From: Octopus vulgaris | Lineage: Eukaryota | Assembly (NCBI GenBank): GCA_951406725.2 | Contig: OX597835.1 | Span: forward strand, 28,768,001 to 28,832,000 | Direction: 5' to 3' | Length of the DNA: 64,000 nucleotides | Part shown: positions 56,707 through 64,000 of the stretch, piece after piece | Layout: each line of letters starts with the position of its first letter | Position numbering within the stretch: position 1 is the first letter of the stretch | Notes under the pieces: generated by a model | Databases searched by the model: none | What the model saw: only the letters and a program-made list of their open reading frames with translations | What the model was told of the DNA's origin: nothing | Program-made: the position numbers and the translations under genes

Positions 56707-57543
56707 AAATGCCTTCATGCAGTACCAGGCAGTGGTTCTCATGGCTTTTGATCTTAACTGATTGGAGGTGTTATATTGCAGTGCCTCTCAAACTATCTGA
56801 TGTGGCGTGCTGGCAATTTATTTTTTACAATGTGCCAGGGACCGGTAATATTTCTTCGTAATATTAATTTATATCGGAAGCAATATACATAATGAATATA
56901 ATAAAAGGTGACAATTTTTTTATCTCATATTTATTTCGTAAACAAATATTACGTTGTTATATAAGCACTTTATAAGCATTTTATAATGTTTCTTTTCTGG
57001 AAACTCATCGCGTACCGGCAGCTGATGGCTCGCGGACCACCATTCTGTGTAGCACTGTTATAATGTACATCTTTTGTCTTGGTATAAAAGATGGGCTGCA
57101 ACAAATATTCTGTTCAATACCGCAGATTTGCATGTCAGTTGTTTGACCTTAACCAGTTGAGCATGTCCCTTAGTGGCTGATGATATGTGCATCCCTGGTC
57201 ATGAGCAGGAGTAGAGGAGCCTTATAGCAATGCGTTGAGTGGAAGTCTTCGGGATTTGGATAATTCACCTCTGGAAACATGGGTGTTTTGTTTTCACCCT
57301 TAATCCTTATTTAGGGATCTTTTGAGTGGGATGGGCTACACGACCAGCAAAAATTTTTAACTGGGCTCCATCGGCAAGGTCATGCACTGTTTATCTTGAT
57401 ATGAAATCACTATGTCGCGCACATATGGTTGTGATGCATGTGCCAGGTGTACCCTTATCAGACAGGTAGTCATGATGGGTATACTGGGCTTCGTATAATT
57501 GCACCCCTGTGTCACTTTGATGGTATGCACTGATCTCTCACTC
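56707..57543 (+). mobile_element. ~555-bp element (copy 3, older), interrupted by a MITE
   Basis: Reverse complement of 17305-17861 once 56779-57057 is removed. Confidence 0.88.
56779..57057. mobile_element. hAT-type MITE
   Basis: CAGTG..CACTG termini; 8-bp TSD TTATATTG/TTATAATG. Confidence 0.8.
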
Positions 57544-58611
57544 AGTAATAATAATCCTTTTTATTATAGTCATAATGCTTGAAATTTAAGTGGGGGGGGG
57601 GGTCGATTATATCGATCCTAGTACTTGATTTGTGTTGTTTTCTCTTTTTCGATAAGGGCAAAGTCGAACTCAGAACATTAAAAGCCAGATGAAAATTTGG
57701 TAAGCATTTTAACCAATGTGCGAACGATTCTGCCAGGTAGGTCAGCATTGACCTAGCATATCACCTGATCGACAGGCAAAAGCCATCCAATCGTGGCCAT
57801 CCTGTCATTATACGAATATCTACAGCTGCATCGTCAAATGTGTCCTTACTTTTACAAGATGGTATGGTGTGATTTGACTTGAGGGAGATTCGGTTGCTAT
57901 TTTTAAGTGGTCGAGTTAAAGATCTGTTAAAAATAGAAGCTTTTCTCGTTGGTTCGTCCCCAGAAAGTATGGAAGTGGAATGGTTGTGTAAATCCTTGTA
58001 TTCTTTGTATGAAATGGGTTGATAAACCTGTCCTTTCCTACAGAGGAGCGCCAAACAAATACAATACTAATAATAAGATTAAATAAAATAATAAACTAGA
58101 CAAATAAGAACTAGGGGTGCGAGGGAGCTATTAAGTTCATCGGCCCAGCAAGTAAGCGACTGGAACAGTCATAAATTAAAACCACACCCTGTCAAGAAAA
58201 TTGTTTCGTAAAAAGAAGACAGGCGGTGGTTACGTTTTTTTTTTCCGAGTTGAGATTTTGAGCAATCTTTTCATTCTTTTTCTTGATGCAAATTTGTATG
58301 AATGACGTCACTGACACACTGAATCACAGCCTACAGATTGTGAAAAGTGAGCTCCGATCCTCTGATGGAAATTGAATTCATTTCGTATTACAAACAACGT
58401 GCTATTTCGTTGATCCCGGTGACATGATTCCCGTTCCAAGCCCCTACGACACCAATATTATTCATCGTTTTCACTCATAAAGAAAAGGGACGACCACATT
58501 AAAACGGGATAGTCACGGATGTAACGCCTTTGATTATTGCAGCATTCTATGAGGTAGTCATAGATAATGTTTGAAAATAAATAAAACAATATCGTCGCGG
58601 CTGTAACACCT

Positions 58612-59014
58612 TTACTCTTTTACTCTTTTACTTGTTTCAGTCATTTGACTGCGGCCATGCTGGAGCATCGCCTTTAGTCGAGCAAATCGACCCCGGGACT
58701 TATTCTTTGTAAGCCCAGTACTTATTCTATCGGTCTATTTTGCCGAACCGCTAAGTGACGGGGACGTAAACACACCAGCATCGGTTGTCAAGCAATGCTA
58801 GGGGGACAAACACAGACACACAAACACACACATACACATATATATATTTATACATATATATGACAGGCTTCTTTCAGTTTCCGTCTACCAAATCCACTCA
58901 CAAGGCATTGGTCGGCCCGGGGCTATAGCAGAAGACACTTGCCCAAGATGCCATGCAGTGGGACTGAACCCAGAATCATGTGGTTGGTACTTACCACATA
59001 GCCACTCCTGCGCC
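58612..59014 (-). mobile_element. SINE family A, full length
   Basis: Nearly identical to 3542-3966. Confidence 0.92.
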
Positions 59015-59149
59015 TTTGATTATTATTACATTATATATGCTAATAATGTCTAAAAATAAATAAAATGAGATGGTCATGGGCCTTACATCATTGAATATAG
59101 ATCTACTTCTATATTCAATGAGAGAAAGTTAGGGCGAAAGTGTACAACA

Positions 59150-59292
59150 GGGATGCCCCCCCCCTGCCGGAGCCTCGTGGAGCTTCAGGTGTTTTCGCTC
59201 AATAAACACACACAACGCCCGATCTGGGAATCGAAACCGCGATCCTCCAACCACGAGTCCGCTACCTTAACCACTGGGCCATTGCGCCTCCA
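59150..59292 (-). mobile_element. SINE family C, head only
   Basis: Matches 42600-42733. Confidence 0.88.
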
Positions 59293-59914
59293 CCCCCTCA
59301 AATAATAGGTTAATATAATTCAGACAGCTGCCACCGATTCTTTTCTATCCAAAGCTTTTCTTTCTTCCTTTCTTTCTTTTTTTCTTTCTTTCTTTCTTTT
59401 TTTACAACACAGTATTCTACAGGCTGTTATTTATAGTTTTGACTAATTTGAACACCGCTGTTAAAACGATTTCTTTAACATCTCTTTAAGTTTCTAAAAG
59501 AAGCAAAAATAACTCATAGCAAACTAAATTCGTCTATTATAGGCGTCGGAACTCCTATACCACGTGATTTCAGTTCAGTCCACTGGACATCATCAGTGGG
59601 AAATGTTCGGTCACCACATGCCAGTCAAAACTCACTTCTACCTTGTATAGAATATCAGCTTCTTTATTAAAAAGCTTATTAAAAATTAATTCTTAGGGGC
59701 AGAAATAATATTCGTACGATCTATGTGTGTGCTTTTATGTACCAAGACCCCATATGAGAGGTTCTCTCAAGGCCCAAAACGCAGCATTCGGTGCTCTTAC
59801 AAGGCATCCACGTTAAGTTGGATATAAAGGCTTCTTTTAGGTACAAGGGCTATGTGATGTTATCTGTGTTGTGCATTATTTATATGTTATGTGTTATATA
59901 TATATATATATATG

Positions 59915-59971
<57 letters not shown>

Positions 59972-60207
59972 ATATATATATATAATGTATATTAAGCACA
60001 TACACGGTTACACACATACACATACATGTGTGTGTGCGCGCGTGCATGCGTGTGTTTGTGTGTGTGAAGGTGCATGGCTCAGTGGTTAGAGTGTCGGGAT
60101 TACAATCGTGACGTTGTGAGTTCCACTGGGGTAGATATAATCGATTTACACCCTCCCCCGAATTTGCTGGTCTTGTGACAAAATTTGAAATCAACACACA
60201 CTGATAT

Positions 60208-60239
<32 letters not shown>

Positions 60240-60304
60240 GCACGCGCAAGCACACACACATATGCATACATATATGATAAAGTTGCTGACATTAAATAGT
60301 GTTA

Positions 60305-60715
60305 GGGTGGTGCGCTAGCAGAAACGTTAGCACGCTGGGCGAGATGCTTAGCCATATTTCGTCTGTCGTTACGTTCTGAGTTCAAATTCCGCCGAGGTCG
60401 ACTTTGCCTTTCATCCTTTCGGGGTCGATTAAAAAAGTACCAGTTACGCACTGGGGTCGATATAATCGACTTAATCCGTTTGTCTGTTCTTGTTTGTCCC
60501 CTCTGTATTTAGCCCCTTGTGGGCAGTAAAGAAATAAGAAACGTTAGCACGCTTAGCGTTAAATCGCCGGTCACTACGTTCTGAGTTCAAATCTCGCCGA
60601 ACTCGACTTTGCCTTTCATCCTTTCGGTGTCGATAAATTAAGTACCAGTTGCGTATCTAATCAATTGTCCCCATCCTCTCAAATTTCAGGCCTTGTGTCT
60701 ATAGTAGAAAGGCTA
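60305..60715 (+). mobile_element. SINE family B, dimeric
   Basis: Two GTTCTGAGTTCAAAT..CGACTTTGCCTTTCATCCTTTCGG units. Confidence 0.9.
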
Positions 60716-61189
60716 TTAAATACTGTTAAACACTCACAGTATGCGAATTAGTCACTTCAGTTTTCTGTAGCCACTGGATATGTTCTGCTGCGTCGCAGAC
60801 TCGGCATTCCGCGGACGATGGCGCGCAAACATCCGCTAAGGCATCTGCAGTGCTTCCTTGGTGGTGAAAAGGTGTGGTCGCCGTTCGCCAGACACGTTTT
60901 TCCCCAGCTGGTCCCCTGAACGTAGCTGCAGTCGTATGTCAGACTGAGATCGAGAGAAGGCGTTTGGAAAACGGAATGCTTTCATGTGCTCGGAGCATTC
61001 AGCCAGTCGAACACCGCGATAGGTGGAATGTCCACTTTAGCGTTCTATAGACCGACTTTGTTCTTCATCCTTCCGGAGTCGATCAAGTAAGTACCAGTCA
61101 AGTATTGTGGACGATGGGACCGACTATCCCACTTCCCACAAATTCTAGGCCTTGTGCCTATAGTAGTAAAGATTATTATTATTATTATT

Positions 61190-61685
61190 GAGTGAGAGAG
61201 TAAGTAGGGCATGCCATCAAAGTGACACTGGGGTAAAATATACGAAGCCCAGTATACCCATCAAGATTACCCGTCTGATAAGGGTACACAAAGCACATGC
61301 ATCACAACCATATGTGCGCAACATGGTGATCTCATATCAAGATAAACAGCGCATGACCTTGCAGGTGGGGCCCAATTAGAATTTTCTTCAGGTCAAGTAG
61401 CCCATCCCACTCAAAATGTCCTTGAATAAGGGTTGTTTAAGGATGTTGAACGAAACACCCATGTTTCTAAAGGTGAATTATCCAAACCCCAAAGAATTCC
61501 TTTCAACATATGGCTATGATGCTCCCCCACTACTTCTGCTCATGATCAGAGATGCTCATATCGTCAGCTACTAAGGGACAAGCTCAACTGGTTAAGGTCA
61601 AGCAACTGACAAGCAAATATGTGGTATTGAACAGAATATTTGCTGTAGCCCATCTTTTATACCAAGACAAAACAATGTACATGAT
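61190..61685 (-). mobile_element. ~555-bp element (copy 4), truncated at GTACATGAT
   Basis: Colinear with 17305-17795. Confidence 0.9.
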
Positions 61686-61715
61686 ATTATTATTATTGTT
61701 ATTATTATTATTATT

Positions 61716-62600
61716 CTATGTTTGACTTTTGCTTTATATTTGTACAAGTTGACTCCAAGTCTCACCCAGAGACCTCAAGAGACAACAGGTTGGAAGTTCA
61801 TGTTGTTGTTATGCCTAGTGTGCCATATATTTGGGGGGGGGGGGAGTTTTTGGTGTTGTACTAATGAATGTCTAAAAAAAAATAATAATTTTTTTTTTTT
61901 TTTTTAACCGAAAATTGTTTGTTTTAAACCTTGAGATTACATAGAAAGTATTTTGCGTAGGATATGAGCAGTTCCCACGAGCACTATCTTTTGAATTTCT
62001 GCCATTTTTTGGTTTCCTGGTATCTGAGTTAGGTAGCTATCAGCCCCTTTTGCTATCATTCCCAGGGCACCTATGACAACAGGTATTGTTTTAGTCTTCA
62101 GCTTCCACATTTTGCTGATTTCTATTTCAAGATCTTTATATTTGCTCAGTTTTTGGTAGGTCTTGACAGATACGATTATATCGATTGGGACAGTCATATC
62201 AATGAGGAGGCATGTTCTTTGTCTGAAGTCTTTCAATATAATGTCTGGCCTATTTGCATCTATCTTTCTGTCAGTTTGAATGGTGAAGTTCCAGAGGAGT
62301 CAGATGTGGTCATTTTCAAGCACAGGGGGTGGTTTGTGTTCCCACCAGTTTTTTTCATGGGGCAAATCCAGGTTTTTACAGATTACCCAGTGAATATATT
62401 GTGCAGCTCTATCGTGTCTGTTGAGATGCTCTGTAGGCGCTAGAAGACTGCACTTGGAGACCACATGGTCAATGGTTTCATTTTGTTGCTGGCACACACG
62501 ACACGTTGGACTGCTTCTGATCTTTAATATGTTGGCCTGGTAGTTTCTTGTTGGTAGGCATTGATCTTGAGTTGCTATGATAAACCCCTCTGTTTCATTT
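61716..62600 (-). mobile_element. Fourth R4/Dong family, 5'-truncated
   Basis: CRVC..ETIDHVVSKC, RHD, LIDMTVP..KLSKYKDLEIEI, IPVVIGALG; (TAA)n on both sides. Confidence 0.92.
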
Positions 62601-62620
62601 ATTATTATATTTATTATATT

Positions 62621-62710
<90 letters not shown>

Positions 62711-62839
62711 GTATTCTGCTGACCTTTCTCCGAAACCTGTCAGTTAGAGGAACTGGTTAAAATATTTTCCGGTTGTCTGACCGAATCAATGACAAAACTT
62801 CTAACCGTTAGGAAGGGCAATAAAACGCATCCTTTTTTC

Positions 62840-62897
<58 letters not shown>

Positions 62898-62939
62898 ATT
62901 ATTATTATTGTTGCTGTTGTTGTTGTTGTTATTGTTATT

Positions 62940-62992
<53 letters not shown>

Positions 62993-63051
62993 TATCATCA
63001 TCATCATCATCATCATCAAAATCATCATCATTATTATTATCATTATTATTA

Positions 63052-63108
<57 letters not shown>

Positions 63109-63829
63109 TGTGTTAGAAGGAACTAAAGATACAACAACAACAACAACAACATCCACACGTACTGATAGCTTGAAAATGACAATCTCTTCTCTCTAACCCC
63201 CTGCCAAATGAAGTATAAAATGACCCCTATTAATATCTCGTGGGAGTTTAATTGTTTCGTTGCTGCTTTTGTCTTCTTTTGGGGGGGGGGGCTATAATGA
63301 GGGAGAAGGGGCATTCGTTTTCACTTCCTTATAGTGAGGCATGCATCGTACATATATCTACATACATACATACATACATACACACGCACAATCACAAACA
63401 CACACGCATATATGTACATGTAAATACTATACTATAGATATATTTATACATACATTATAGTATAATATACGCACACACACATACATATTCATAAAAGAGG
63501 AAGTATGGCAGATGCTAAAATTTCAAAATTACAGGCTTTTTTCTCTGGCTTCACGTATAGGGAGGTGAATAAGGTATATGTGTGCGAGTGTGTGTGTGTA
63601 GGTATGTGTGTGTGTGTATATATATATATATAAAACGTACCTATATATATATCTATATACATATATATGTGTATATACATGTATATATATATATATATAT
63701 ACATATATATATGTATATATGTATATACATGTATCTATATGTGTATATATATATATATATATAACACACACATGTATATATATATGCATATATATATATA
63801 TGCATATATATATATATATATATATTTAC

Positions 63830-64000
63830 AATTCTTTATTGCCCACAAGGGGCTAAACATAGAGGGGACAAACAAGGACAGACTAAGGGACTAAATCGAT
63901 TACATCGACCCCAGTGCGTAACTGGTACTTAATTTATCGACCCCGAAAGGATGAAAGGCAAAGTCGACCTCGGCGGAATTTGAACTCAGAACGTAACGGC
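63830..64000 (-). mobile_element. SINE family B unit, runs off the window
   Basis: Same unit as the 8525-9492 array. Confidence 0.9.

Overview
AT-rich, microsatellite-saturated animal genomic DNA; the SINE repertoire and repeat landscape look like an octopus (coleoid cephalopod) intron or intergenic region. No complete protein-coding gene is supported, and almost all track ORFs are translations of (TA)n, (TATG)n, (TAGA)n, (CA)n or (TAA)n. Recognisable content: three abundant SINE families; four distinct R4/Dong-type RLE retrotransposon fragments plus a ~555-bp non-coding passenger, all stacked in (TAA)n arrays; RTE, L1/Tx1 and Penelope (GIY-YIG) fragments; small hAT/Tc1 MITEs; a non-autonomous Helitron; and two weak candidate host exons. 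The most striking signal is a set of self-cleaving-ribozyme motifs in mobile DNA: two intact-looking and about six decayed minimal hammerheads, including a tRNA-headed SINE-like element with a hammerhead tail (two copies), and an HDV-like candidate at the 5' end of a non-autonomous RTE derivative. All folds were done by eye, and most element boundaries are approximate.
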